Positions 47,292 to 58,923 of a stretch of 64,000 bases of DNA are shown in pieces. Origin of the DNA: an uncultured Gammaproteobacteria bacterium (GTDB lineage: Bacteria > Pseudomonadota > Gammaproteobacteria > UBA9214); NCBI GenBank assembly GCA_963748215.1, contig CAVVHS010000002.1:64001-128000 (forward strand), given 5' to 3'. Position numbers and translations under genes: made by a program. Numbering within the stretch: position 1 is the first letter of the stretch; each line of letters opens with the position of its first letter. The notes beneath the pieces are model-generated. The model did no database searches. It saw nothing but the letters and a program-made list of their open reading frames with translations, and was not told the DNA's origin.

Positions 47292-47537
47292 ATGCTCAAT
47301 ACCAAATTCATCGACGACCTGGCGCGCCAGATCAGCAACAGCATCCCCGCCGGCGTGAAGGGCCTGCAGCAGGACGTGGAGAAGAATGTGCGCACCCTCC
47401 TGCAGGGCGCGTTCGCCCGCCTCGACCTGGTTACCCGCGAGGAATTCGACGTGCAGGCGAAGGTACTCCTGCGCACGCGCGAGAAACTGGAAGCCCTGGA
47501 ACGACTGGTCGCGGAGCTGGAAAAGAACAACCGCTAG
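47292..47537 (+). CDS. ubiK: UbiK/YqiC (BMFP) family protein
   Basis: LDLVTREEFDVQAKVLLRTREKLEALE. Confidence 0.9.
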   Translation: MLNTKFIDDLARQISNSIPAGVKGLQQDVEKNVRTLLQGAFARLDLVTREEFDVQAKVLLRTREKLEALERLVAELEKNNR

Positions 47538-47825
47538 GAGCGGATCCCATCCGCGATAAACATTCCCACCGGACCCTGTAGGAGCGGATCTCATCTGCGA
47601 TGTGTTATTCGACGTGTGCATGAAAAAATATCGCGCTTGAGAAGCGCTCCTACAAAACCGGTTCACCCGGCAGGCGCGTACCCCATCCACAATAAATATT
47701 TCAACCCAACCCTGTAAGAGCGGATCCCATCCGCGACAAACATTCCTCCCAACCCTGTAGGAGCGGATCCCATCCGCGACAAACATTCCTCACAACCCGG
47801 CAGGAGCGGATCCCAGCCGCGAAAC
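47535..47825. repeat. REP cluster flanking RAYT
   Basis: About seven copies of tgtaggagcggatcccatccgcga and variants. Confidence 0.9.
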
Positions 47826-47829
47826 ATCA

Positions 47830-48294
47830 CTACAACCATGCCGCATCCCACAGGGGATAATCACCGACACGCCTTGCCAGGCCTGCTCGCAATGGATTGG
47901 CAATGATGTACCTGGCTGCTTCAATGATGGCCGCCTCACCGTGCAGGGCATGATCATGAAAACCACGCTGCCAAACAGGATGGCCACGCCGTGCAATAAG
48001 GTCATTCACCTTCCGAGCTGAATTCAGCTTGAGGTTTCCCACGAGACTTGACAATGATGCAGCGTTTTCAAGTGAAAACAGCCAGTGCAGATGGTCGGGC
48101 ATGACAACAAATGCCATTGTCTTTGAACAACCGAATGCATCGGAACGTATCATTTCCCTGACCAGAATTCGCCCGGCCGCCAATACCCTGAAATATGGAT
48201 ATCTTTGATGTGTTACCGCGGTAATCAGATAAATCTGCCCATCAAGGGATAGACGGCCCTTTCTTAAATTGCAGCCATGTGCTTGCGTAGACAT
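47830..48294 (-). CDS. REP-associated tyrosine transposase (RAYT, Y1 HUH)
   Basis: YLITAVT, VVMPDHLHWL, VWQRGFHDH, YIIANPLRAGL. Confidence 0.92.
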   Translation of the reverse strand: MSTQAHGCNLRKGRLSLDGQIYLITAVTHQRYPYFRVLAAGRILVREMIRSDAFGCSKTMAFVVMPDHLHWLFSLENAASLSSLVGNLKLNSARKVNDLIARRGHPVWQRGFHDHALHGEAAIIEAARYIIANPLRAGLARRVGDYPLWDAAWL

Positions 48295-48313
48295 GAATGG
48301 ATGAATAACAGAT

Positions 48314-48422
48314 ATCGCGCTTGAGAAGCGCTCCTACAAAACCGGTTCACCTGTAGGAGCGGAGCGCATCTGCGATAAATATCCCTACCCAACCTTGTAG
48401 GAGCGGATCTCATCCGCGATAT
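48314..48422. repeat. REP cluster flanking RAYT
   Basis: atcgcgcttgagaagcgctcctaca plus two tgtaggagcgga copies. Confidence 0.88.
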
Positions 48423-48511
48423 GCATTCGCTGACAACGATCACCGGGATGGACTACTGCATTCAGACATCGGCATCACCCACACTGTCGGCTTGCCAGCA
48501 AGGATGCCACC

Positions 48512-50011
48512 ATGTCCCTCGCCATCGTCTACAGCCGCGCCCGGCTTGGCATGGATGCTCCGCTGGTCACCGTGGAAGTGCACTTGTCGAACGGACTGCC
48601 GTCGCTGTCCATCGTCGGACTGCCGGAAACCGCGGTCAAGGAAAGCAAGGACCGGGTGCGTGGCGCCCTGCTCAATACCTGCTTCGAATTTCCCGCGCGT
48701 CGCATCACTATCAACCTGGCACCGGCCGACCTGCCCAAGGAAGGCGGGCGTTTCGACCTGCCGATCGCACTGGGCATCCTGGCTGCGTCCGGCCAGATAC
48801 CCAGGGATGAACTGGACCAGTACGAATTCGCCGGTGAGCTGGCCCTGTCCGGCGAACTGCGCCCGGTACAGGGCGTCCTGCCGATGACGCTACAGACACA
48901 GCGCGCACAGCGCACTTTGCTGGTGCCGCAGGACAATGCAGCGGAAGCCGCGCTGGTCAGGGATGTGCGTGTGCTCGCGGCGGATCACCTGTTGCAGGTC
49001 ACGGCCCACTTCACCCGCATGCAGCGCATCGAAGCCGAGCCGGCCACCGCCGTGAATTCCGCTGCAGAAGATGTACCCGATCTCTCCGACGTGCGCGGCC
49101 AGGCGCATGCGCGACGCGCGCTGGAGATCGCAGCCAGCGGTGGGCACAGCCTGCTGATGCTCGGCCCGCCCGGCACCGGCAAATCCCTGCTGGCAAGCCG
49201 CCTGCCTGGCATCCTGCCGGAGCTGACCGAGACCGAGGCGCTGGAAACGGCCGCCCTGCGCTCCATATGTGGCCTGCCTGTCGATCCGATGCGCTGGCGG
49301 TTACGGCCGTTTCGCACCCCTCACCACACGGCATCGGCCGTGGCACTGGTCGGCGGCGGCTCCAGCCCGCGCCCGGGCGAGATTTCGCTCGCGCATCACG
49401 GCGTACTGTTTCTGGACGAACTGCCCGAATACGATCGGCGTGTGCTTGAGGTATTGCGCGAACCCCTGGAGTCCGGGCAGATCACGATCTCGCGCGCGGC
49501 GCTGCAGGCGGATTTCCCGGCCCGTTTTCAGCTGATTGCCGCCATGAACCCGTGTCACTGCGGCTACCTCGGCGACGCCTCCGGCAAATGCAGATGCACG
49601 ATGGAGCAGATACAACGCTACCGCAACCGGATTTCCGGCCCGTTGCTGGACCGCATCGACATGCACGTGGAAGTGCCTCGCCTGCCGTTTGAACACATGC
49701 ATGGCAAGAAGGGGGAAGGCAGTAATGTTGTACGTGAACGCGTCACGAGAACGCGTGATGTTCAATTGCAACGCAACGGCACGCTGAACAGCCAGCTCAC
49801 CAGCAATCAGATGGATGAAGTTTGCGCGTTATCGAAAGCCGATCGACTGCTGCTGCAACAGGCGATGGAGAAGCTCCAGCTCTCCGCTCGCGCCTACCAC
49901 CGAATTCTCAAACTGGCGCGCACGATTGCAGATATGGATGGAGGTGCGGCGATAGTGACATCGCATCTGGGCGAAGCCATCAATTACAGGAGACTGGACA
50001 GGTCTCTCTAA
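48512..50011 (+). CDS. comM: YifB/ComM Mg-chelatase-like AAA+ ATPase
   Basis: INLAPADLPKEG, GPPGTGKS, FRTPHH, GVLFLDELPE, SGPLLDRID. Confidence 0.95.
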   Translation: MSLAIVYSRARLGMDAPLVTVEVHLSNGLPSLSIVGLPETAVKESKDRVRGALLNTCFEFPARRITINLAPADLPKEGGRFDLPIALGILAASGQIPRDELDQYEFAGELALSGELRPVQGVLPMTLQTQRAQRTLLVPQDNAAEAALVRDVRVLAADHLLQVTAHFTRMQRIEAEPATAVNSAAEDVPDLSDVRGQAHARRALEIAASGGHSLLMLGPPGTGKSLLASRLPGILPELTETEALETAALRSICGLPVDPMRWRLRPFRTPHHTASAVALVGGGSSPRPGEISLAHHGVLFLDELPEYDRRVLEVLREPLESGQITISRAALQADFPARFQLIAAMNPCHCGYLGDASGKCRCTMEQIQRYRNRISGPLLDRIDMHVEVPRLPFEHMHGKKGEGSNVVRERVTRTRDVQLQRNGTLNSQLTSNQMDEVCALSKADRLLLQQAMEKLQLSARAYHRILKLARTIADMDGGAAIVTSHLGEAINYRRLDRSL

Positions 50012-50185
50012 AGGGAACTGACGCTCAGGAAATTAACAGTTTCGGAGTGAATTTTATTTTGTCTGTCGTGGTTATCAAAGGTTGGGGCATTGACGAATCA
50101 AATGACTCTGACCTCTTTGATTCAGTCCTGCGCTCTAACACTGGAAGCCGATCTCCGGCAGCTAAAGAAGGAGCATGAGTTGTAA

Positions 50186-50765
50186 TCATAAAACGTGTCT
50201 GTCCCCGTTTACTCTCATTATTTTCTCTGACGTCTTATTACTACTTCCAAGCCTCCAGACTTTGCTAGCAATGACGCTGTATAATTCAACTTTACTAGTA
50301 TCAGGCTCGAGCACGGTAAGCATCAGCAGTATATTCGCTCTGCATAAGAGATGGAAGTATGCTCTGATTGCTCTCGCGTGTAAATAAATGTCGGGATTCG
50401 TTATCACTGGTACGGATCAGCACCTGAAGCGAGTTTTGATTTCTCGCAAATACAACCTCACCCCTAACGTCTGCAATTCGAGCAAAATTGTAGGATTGAC
50501 TGATCGCTTCTCGATGATGGCTCGATCTTTTTCTACAACACTGATTTCAATCCCTGTCACGAAGCTCGCCTCCGGAAGATTCGCAATCCGGTACGACTTT
50601 GTTCCTGACTGACTCAGATCAATCACCCCAAGATTGAGCACGTAACGATCGGTTGCCGCACTTATCCCTTTATCAATCAGCTCTCCATCTCTCCGAATAT
50701 TCAGACACTTTATAACATCCAGCAAGCAATAAAGAGGACATTACTATAAATAATAATGATCTCAT
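50186..50765 (-). pseudogene. putative lipoprotein immunity gene, frameshifted
   Basis: MRSLLFIVMSSLLLAGC lipobox at 50765; continues in shifted frames (DGELIDKG...); directly downstream of the RHS tip. Confidence 0.55.
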
Positions 50766-50792
50766 GATCAGGCTCATTTCGTAGCATTTCTT

Positions 50793-53700
50793 CACCGAAT
50801 GTGACTCCTCCGACCATGTCGATTTAACCCTGGTGGTTTAGGTGGTTGACCACTGACCCCAGGAGCACCTCTTACACCAAGATGGAACTCCGCCATTACA
50901 GCATGACCGCGCCAACGTGCCTGCATAGGATTACTATTGGTCCCGAGACTAGCCATAGGAACCTACAGGAAAAGAGTTATGAGCTTTTTTTAGGCATTCG
51001 TTCTGATCGCTACACTTAATTGTCGGACAATCAAAGCAATCGCCTCCTGTATCTCGTGGATCATTCGTGCGCGGTACACCACGCCCATTCTGCGGATAGA
51101 GACCGTACACTGTTCCATCATCCGCAATGATGTAACAGTGTCGTTGCCTAAAACCGTGTCCACGACCACCAACTCCTGCTATAGAATCAAGATATCTGCA
51201 ACATAGTTTTGCAAGGCCAGTCGGATCAGTCCACCTTAATGGATTAAGCTCTACGTAAGCATAGGTATTTAAACCACCATCCAACCCAATCGGATCACTC
51301 GTAATATACCGCCCTGTCTCCGGATCATAATACCTGAAGTAATTGTAATGCAGACCCGTCTCGGCATCGTAGTACTGACCCGGAAAGCGAACATTCAACT
51401 CCACTGTATTCACGCTCACCGTTGCATCACCAAAGGGATCATACGTCGCCCGCCACACCACGCTGCCAGCCTCGTCTGTCATCACTTGCGGGGTGCCCAG
51501 GTGGTCGGTGTGCACGTAATAGAGTTGCCCCTGCGCGACCGCGGCGTCGGCCCTGTCGATCAGCCCGTCCCAGGCCGTCAGCAAGGTCTTGCCGAGCGCA
51601 TTGTCGATAACAGACTGCCATGCCAGGCCCAGCAGGGTCCGTGACAGGATTACCAGATCACCGGCATTCAGCTGACCGTCCTGGTTCATGTCACCGGCCG
51701 TAAACTCGGCCGGTGTTGGCGTCCGGCTTCCCAGCACCATCTGCATCAACAGCAGGTAGTCGCTGACAGTGATCTGCCCATCGACATCGATGTCCCCCGG
51801 CACGGACACGCTGCCGGGATCGCCCGGATCCGAACCATTGGCCACCTCGGCCCCGTCACTCACCCCGTCGCCGTCCGTATCCGGGTTGTTGATCAGCGTG
51901 CCGTACAGCAGCAGCTCGTCGCGGTTACCCAGGCCGTCACCGTCATCATCCGGGCTGACGGGATTACTGCCCAGGGCGGCCTCGTCCCGGTTGGTCTGGC
52001 CGTCCTGGTTGGTATCCGGGAGGTAGATCGCCAGCAGCTGCCCGTTGAGGTAGAGATACTCCACCAGCACCGTGCCCGCCTGATCGGTCTCGGCCAGCAA
52101 TGCGCCGTCGGTGCCATACAGAAAGGACTCTCCGCTGCCGTCCGGCCGTGCCTTGGCCACACGCTGTCCCAGGCCGTTGTAGGCGAAGCTCGCTACCAGG
52201 CTGCCATTGTCGGCGGCATCGGCCAGGCGCTGATGGGCCGTATAGGCATAGCTCCAGTTGCCTTTGGCAAGGGTATTGCCGGCAATGCTCGTCACGACAT
52301 CGGCACTGCCGAGCTGGTCGAGGCGGTTGCTGGCCGGTTCATAGTTGAGCAATACCGGACTGCCTTCGTCGCCAAGGAGACGGTTGCCGTTCTTATCGTA
52401 GTCATAGTTCCAGCCGCCACCAAAGGGACCGCTGGCGGTATCCAGCCGGTTGAGCGGATCGTAGCCGAAGCTGCTGGCACTGCCCAGGCTGTCATCGCGC
52501 TGGATCAGGTTGCCGTTATGGTCATAGAGCGGATAACTCAGTGCCAGGGCTCCGGGTACGCTCTGGGCCGTCAGCCGGTAGGCGCTATCCCAGGTCTGTG
52601 TCAGGCTCTTGCCGTTGCCGTAGGTTAGTGACGCGACCCCGCCATACGGCACATAACCGATGGCGCCGGCCAGGCTCTGTGTCTGGCCGTTGACGGTAAG
52701 GTCGACGCCATCGACCTGACCTGCTGCATCGTAGTGATAGGTCACGACGGTACCGGACGGATAGGTGACGGTCTTGAGCCGGTTGGTGGCATCATGGGTG
52801 TAGCTCACCCCCTGGTGGGTTGTGACGTTGCCAAAGCCATCGTAGCGATAGAAGACCGCGGCGCTGCCGGTCGTGACGCGGCACAGCCGGCCGCTGCCGT
52901 TCGGGCAGCTGTCATAGCTGTACGTGACATCCTCCTGCGGACCGGGTGTCGTGACGCCAGTCAGTCGGTTCAGGGCATCGTAGCTGTAGCTGTGCGTAAT
53001 GGCCTCGGGCGTACCGCTCGCCGTGGTCTTGCTCAGTACGTTGCCGGCGTCATCGTAGCTGTAGGTGGTGGTCCCGGTATCCGGGCTGGTGGTCGCGAGC
53101 AGGTTGCCCAGGTCATCGTACTGGTAGGCAGTGGTGCCGTTATTGGGATCGGTAACCGTAGTCAGCCGGTCGTCAACGTCATAGCCGTATTGCGTCGAGG
53201 CATTCGCCGTGGACGGATCGGTCCCGCCCAGGTCCTGGGTTGATGTGAGCAGACGCTTGAGGGCATCGTAGCTGTAGTCGGTGATACTGCCGTTGCCGTC
53301 GGTGGCTTTGTCCAGGCTGCCGTCCGGCGCATAATCCGCATCCACCCGTTCAAGCGGGCTGGCCGGGTTGTTGCCTGACTGGCTGAGATCCAGACGGTTG
53401 TAGGCATCGAAGGTTTGCGTCAATGCCTTGTACAAAGTACCGCTACTGTCACGGGTCTGCTCGGCTACCCGGTTGCCCTCGGTATCGAGACTGTAGTCGA
53501 TGTAGTTACCTATTCCATCAGTCACACGCACCAGGCGGCGTGCGGGATCATAGCCAAAGGTCACCGTCGTGGCCGCCGGCGTACCATGTGCCGTTGTAAT
53601 ACTCTGCACCTCACCCGTGGCCAGGTAGGTCCAGCGGGTCACCTGTACCGCCGACGCACTGCGCTTGGTCAGGGTTTCCAGCCTATCGTTGCCGGGGTAA

Positions 53701-55699
53701 TAGGTGTAATTCAGGCTTAGCCCGTTGGGGCGATCCTCGCTGGCCACCTTGCCGGTGGCCGTGTACTGGATGTTGCGGCGGATCAGGATACCTAAGGCAT
53801 CCTCGATCTCCTTCAGTCGCGCGCGGTTATTGCCCTCCAGGGGATCATCCGGGTAATAGCGGAAGTTGGTAATATCACTGACATCCGTTCCTGGACCGTC
53901 GATCCGGGTGAGCTGGTGCAGGGGTCCGTTGTATTGCCAGGTTGTGGTACGGGAGACCACCGTGCTGTCCGGCTTGAAACCGGCCACGGTTTCCGCGATA
54001 CGGTTGCCGAAGTTATCGTAGCTGTAGGTCGTGATCTTGTTCGCGCCGGCATGGACCGACGGCTCGGTCATCGTGGCAATCCGGCTGAAATAGCGCGGGA
54101 TCGTAGGTGTAGTCGGTACGGCGTTCCTCCGGCGTCCCCTTGGCCTCTATCTTGAATCCTGGATTGCCGTTGGCATCGTAGTTGCCGTACTCCGTTGGTG
54201 ACACCGTTTTCGGTTCTCGTGAGCAGGTTGTTGTTGGCCGGATCGTAGCTGTAGCTGGTATTTCCTGAACCGCAGGTAGCGCAACCTGGCCCGTTTATGC
54301 CTGTTACCAGTGCTACATCAATCTGTGTATTTATCGAATAATTACTCTGAATGTTCTTGCTGTTAGTCAATGTCCTGGCGTTATTAACATCGTCATAGGC
54401 AATATCGACACGATCAGCGCCGCCTGCGTGGTAACTGGCCCTGACTCTTCGGTCTGCATAATATTCGTAAGTTGCATAACGTACTTCTCGTGTACCATCC
54501 CAGTCAGAAATCCCGGTAAGGTGACCGGGTAAATCCGCAGCGCTTTCAATCAGTGATGATTCATTATAGTGATAACGACGATACGGGTTATTCAAATAGC
54601 CATCCGAACTCCCGTCCGGGTAATACACATACTCCAGGTTGTAATTGGCATCGTAGGTATATGTCCAGACATTGCCAGCATGATCGGTAATGGTCTCGAT
54701 ATGATTATCCGGTGTATAGGTGAACGCGATGGACTCGCCGATTGAATTGGCAACCGCCAGCAGCCTGTCCGGATTGGAAGGATCCTGGTAGTCAAGCGAC
54801 GTTGTCACACCATCGATCGATGCAATACTTAGCAGACGCCCGGTAAAATGATAGGTCTCGACGGAATCATCTTCCCTGGTAATTTCGAATGTATCATTTG
54901 ACTCTACAAGCCTGATTCTGGAGTCACTTTCACCGAACCACGACTGATTCGCCGTGCTGTAGTTCCATTGCTCTCCCCTGCCATCAGCATCCCTGACTAT
55001 CAGTTTGAACGCACTCAACTCGAGCTGTTTATGCCAGGTCGATGACCACCCGTTACCCAGGCCACTATCGTCGATACTCTGGCTGTTATAGAAACGTTCA
55101 AAATGCAGACTTGAGAAATCGCCCGGCAAATCAATATCTCTGTGAACCTTGTTGCCCGTTGCGACATTGACAGGGTTGCCGGCCATGGAATTACCTGCAC
55201 AGGCCATACCGCGGTTCTTGTCTTCATTCCACGGCACGGCAGGAAGCTCGCATACAAGTTGCGCATTATCGTCTGTGCCGGGAATACTGCCGTCGGGACA
55301 TGCATTGAATCTGTCATAGGTAACCCTGAAGTAGGTGTCAGCTGTCCGCCAACCGTTCTGTGGATTTTGCTGATCAAAATATCGGTATCTAAAGCAGGTG
55401 CCGGGTGCAGTACACTGGCTTCCGGTTAATAGCGTTTCGAACTCGTACGTGATCTGGCAACTCGTCGAGGGCGGTGGATAGGGGGTATTCGCGCACCCTA
55501 TAAAACAGCGCTCGACTTTAAAATCGAACAGCTTGTTAAATGCATCGGCAAAACTTGAGCCATACTGCCTGACAGAGTTGCCATACGAGCAAGGCCACGG
55601 TGGGTCCCGCGCTATCCAGACAGGGACGCTGGGAAACGTGTGACTTGCAAACAAGGCCAGCAGCAGAGCCGCACTGACAGTTACATTTCTTTTTCTCAT
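50793..55699 (-). CDS. RHS/YD-repeat polymorphic toxin (split by frameshifts near 54200 and 54075 and in the tip)
   Basis: Signal peptide, DUF6531-like GNPVNVATGNK, YD repeats, HTDHLGTP, RFPGQYYDAETGLHYNYFRYYDP..SDPIGL..NPLRWTDPTGL. Confidence 0.9.
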
Positions 55700-55946
55700 C
55701 CAAAGACCCAATCCATGCTCATATCCCGTACTGCATGCCGGCTTCCCGACAGGCAACACGCGAAGGGCCCAATGCCGTTGCGTGCTTCTACAGCACTCAG
55801 CCTTCCCATCGGTTTCGCATCACGCGGATAATTAACAATCCCCGCCAGCTATTCTTGCGCCGGGCAACATGGCAGTTCAGCCAGAGACATGCGCCGCCGG
55901 TTGTAGGTAAACAGGGTTTTCTGGCGCAGGACATGCGCGGGGATTG

Positions 55947-56873
55947 CTATTCAGCAGGCACCTTGAGAGTTTCGTCCCAGTACGGCGCATCACCGTAGCG
56001 GCTGGCAAGAAACTCGATGAACACCTGCACACGCCGCGGCACCAGGCGCCCCGGCGGGGTTACGGCATGGATGCCGGTTGCGGGCTGCTCGAAGTCCGGG
56101 AGGATGCGTTGCAGTTTGCCTTCGTTGATATAGCGGGCAAGGATGAAGGTCGGACCGGTGGTGATGCCGATCCCGGCCGCGGCGGCACAGGCCAGCGCCT
56201 CGCCGTTGTTGGCGCGCATGCGCAGCTGCGGCTGAGCGTGCAGCGGGCGGCCATCCGGCGTTGCGTATTGCCACTGCCGCCGGTAACTCATGTTGCTGTA
56301 CTGCAGGCCGACGTGGTGTTGCAGGTCGTCCGGGTGTTGCGGCTCCCCGAAACGCTCGAGGTAGGCGCGGCTGGCGCAGGTCACCGTGCGCGAGGTGCCG
56401 ATACGGCGCGCGATCAGCGTGGAATCCGTTAGCTCGCCGATCCGCACTGCGAGGTCGAAGCCCTCCTCGACCAGGTTGATGCTGCGGTCGTTCAGGTCCA
56501 GGTTGAGTTCGATGGCGGGGTAGGTGTCGAGAAATTCCGTCAGTGCGTCGGACAGGTGCGCGAGGCCGAAGCTCAGTGGCGCGGCCAGCTTGAGTGCCCC
56601 GCGCAGATCGGTGACCTCGGCCGTCACGCCCTGCTCCGCGTCCTCGAGATCGGCCAGGATCTGCACCGCGCGCTGGTAGAAATTGCGGCCGGCGTCGGTC
56701 AGCGTCAGGCGCCGCGTGGTGCGGTGCAGCAGGCGGCTGCCGAGGCGCTGCTCCAGCTGACTGACGCGCCGGCTGATGACCGACTTCGCGACCCCGAGGC
56801 GCTCGCCTGCGGCGCTGAAGGTGCCCGCCTCGATCACGGCAACCAGGGCTTGGATATCGGCAAAGCGATCCAT
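55947..56873 (-). CDS. LysR family transcriptional regulator
   Basis: GTFSAAGERLGVAKSVISRRVSQLEQRLG..RTTR; divergent from the operon. Confidence 0.95.
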   Translation of the reverse strand: MDRFADIQALVAVIEAGTFSAAGERLGVAKSVISRRVSQLEQRLGSRLLHRTTRRLTLTDAGRNFYQRAVQILADLEDAEQGVTAEVTDLRGALKLAAPLSFGLAHLSDALTEFLDTYPAIELNLDLNDRSINLVEEGFDLAVRIGELTDSTLIARRIGTSRTVTCASRAYLERFGEPQHPDDLQHHVGLQYSNMSYRRQWQYATPDGRPLHAQPQLRMRANNGEALACAAAAGIGITTGPTFILARYINEGKLQRILPDFEQPATGIHAVTPPGRLVPRRVQVFIEFLASRYGDAPYWDETLKVPAE

Positions 56874-56994
56874 ATTGTTGCTGATAATAGAACAGTAATT
56901 TCTATATATCGATATTTATTAATCTTTTTGCAACGACCATGCTGGTATCACACGGGCGTAGACCGTCTCCGGCCCGACAAGCGAGGAACACAGC

Positions 56995-57411
56995 ATGAAT
57001 ACATCCACCACCGCAGCCGCCACGCAACTCACGGGCCGGCTGCTCCTGTCGGTCATTTTCATCATGGCCGGCATCACCAAGATCGGCGCCTTTGTAGGCA
57101 CCCAGGGCTACATGGAAAGCATGGGCGTACCCGGCGCCCTGTTACCACTGGTCATTGCACTCGAAATCGGCGGCGGACTTACCCTCCTGCTCGGCTGGCA
57201 GACCCGCATCGGCGCCTTCCTGCTGGCGGGCTTCTGCCTGTTGAGCGGGTTGCTTTTTCACGCCGACTTCGGCGACCCGATGCAGTCGATCCTGTTCATG
57301 AAGAACCTGGCCATTGCCGGCGGCCTGCTGACGCTGCTCGCCAATGGCGCCGGCGCCTGGTCGGTCGATGCCTGGCAGCAGCGCCCGGCCGGAGGATTGC
57401 ACCATGCCTGA
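56995..57411 (+). CDS. DoxX family protein
   Basis: GRLLLSVIFIMAG, LEIGGG, FMKNLAIAGGLL. Confidence 0.92.
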   Translation: MNTSTTAAATQLTGRLLLSVIFIMAGITKIGAFVGTQGYMESMGVPGALLPLVIALEIGGGLTLLLGWQTRIGAFLLAGFCLLSGLLFHADFGDPMQSILFMKNLAIAGGLLTLLANGAGAWSVDAWQQRPAGGLHHA

Positions 57412-58033
57412 TCAGGGCAGCTTCAATATTCTGCGCATCGACGCCAGTGCGCGGCGTGACCATTCGATCACGCGCCAGCTGGGTGACACGGTGACGCAGC
57501 GATTGCTGCGGGAACACCCGCAGGCCACGATCACCTTGCGCGATCTCGCCGAGCCCGTCGGCTTCATCGATGCCGACTGGGTCCAGGCCAACCTGACGGA
57601 CCCGGCGGCGCGCGATGCGCGGCAGCGTGACGCCCTCGGCACGTCCGACCGCCTGGTACGGGAACTGGATGCGGCCGATGTCATCGTGCTGACCACGCCG
57701 GTCTATAATTTCTCTGTACCGGCGTCGCTCAAGGCCTGGATTGACATGGTCTGTCGCGCACGCCTGAGTTTCCGCTACACGGAACATGGCCCGGCGGGCC
57801 TGCTGCGTGACCGGCCGGTCTACGTGGTAATGGCGTCCGGCGGCATGGCGTTCGGTGGCCCGGCCGATTTTGCCAGCGGCTACCTGCGTCATATCTTCGC
57901 CTTCATCGGCATCCATGACGTGCGGATGGTGCAGGCGGAACGCACCGGCAGCGATGCCGACTCCAGCACGCGAGCCGCGCTCGACATGCTGGCACACTGG
58001 TTACCCGGCCGGGCAATACCGGCCATAGCGTAA
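57404..58033 (+). CDS. FMN-dependent NADH azoreductase (AcpD/AzoR family)
   Basis: ILRIDASAR, PVYNFSVPASLKAWID, FRYTEHGPAGLL. Confidence 0.92.
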   Translation: MPDQGSFNILRIDASARRDHSITRQLGDTVTQRLLREHPQATITLRDLAEPVGFIDADWVQANLTDPAARDARQRDALGTSDRLVRELDAADVIVLTTPVYNFSVPASLKAWIDMVCRARLSFRYTEHGPAGLLRDRPVYVVMASGGMAFGGPADFASGYLRHIFAFIGIHDVRMVQAERTGSDADSSTRAALDMLAHWLPGRAIPAIA

Positions 58034-58047
58034 GCGAGGAGTTTTAC

Positions 58048-58923
58048 ATGACTGCAATCACCGACACTGCAACCCGCACGGCACGGCACGTCACGCGCGT
58101 CGTCAAGGGCATGCCGGCCACCGACGGCGCGGGCGTGGAACTCACGCGCGTCATCGGTCAGCCGGCGTTGCCCATGATCGATCCCTTCCTGCTGCTGGAC
58201 GCCTTCCGCTCCGACCGGCCCGAGGACTACATCGCCGGCTTTCCGCCGCATCCGCATCGCGGCTTCGAGACGGTCACCTACCTGCTCGACGGGCGCATGC
58301 GGCATCGCGACAATGCCGGCCATGAGGGCGTCATCGAGCCCGGCGGCATCCAGTGGATGACCGCCGGTCGCGGTATCGTGCACTCGGAAATGCCGGAGCA
58401 GGAAAACGGCCTGCTGGAAGGTTTCCAGCTCTGGGTGAATCTGCCGGCCGCGCACAAGATGGACGCGCCGGGCTACCAGGAATACCCTGCCGACCGCATC
58501 CCTGAAGAGTCGCGCGACGGCGGCATCACGGTGCGCGTGATCACCGGCACCACGTCACTGGGCACCCAAGGACCGGTGGTGCAACCGCTCACCGCACCGC
58601 TTTACCTGGATGTCACGCTGCCGGCCGGCGGCACGTTCACGGAATGCATGCCGACTCAGCACAACGCCTTCGTCTACGTCATCAACGGCCCGCTCACGGC
58701 CAGTGACCCGGACGGCTATGCCGTCACGCTTTCGCGTGACGACCTTGGCATCCTCGCGCATGGCGACAGCGTGACGCTGCTGGCGGCGGATAGCGATGCA
58801 CGCTTCCTGCTGGTGGCCGGCCGGCCGCTCAACGAGCCGGTCGCCCGCGGCGGACCGTTCGTGATGAATACCCGCTCCGAGGTACAGCAGGCGTTCGACG
58901 ATTACCAGCAAGGGACGTTCTGA
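58048..58923 (+). CDS. pirin family protein
   Basis: DPFLLLD, HPHRGFETVTY, WMTAGRGIVHSE, GGPFVMNT. Confidence 0.95.
   Translation: MTAITDTATRTARHVTRVVKGMPATDGAGVELTRVIGQPALPMIDPFLLLDAFRSDRPEDYIAGFPPHPHRGFETVTYLLDGRMRHRDNAGHEGVIEPGGIQWMTAGRGIVHSEMPEQENGLLEGFQLWVNLPAAHKMDAPGYQEYPADRIPEESRDGGITVRVITGTTSLGTQGPVVQPLTAPLYLDVTLPAGGTFTECMPTQHNAFVYVINGPLTASDPDGYAVTLSRDDLGILAHGDSVTLLAADSDARFLLVAGRPLNEPVARGGPFVMNTRSEVQQAFDDYQQGTF

Noticed and set aside
47535-48422. CRISPR-like regular repeats
   Set aside because: Spacers resemble each other, orientations are mixed, there are no cas genes, and a RAYT lies in the middle: these are REPs.
50095-50185. Possible attC or att site after comM (ctctaac; aatcaaa..tttgatt)
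   Set aside because: No partner GTTRRRY box or stem of attC geometry, and no matching direct repeat found at the other end of the RHS locus.
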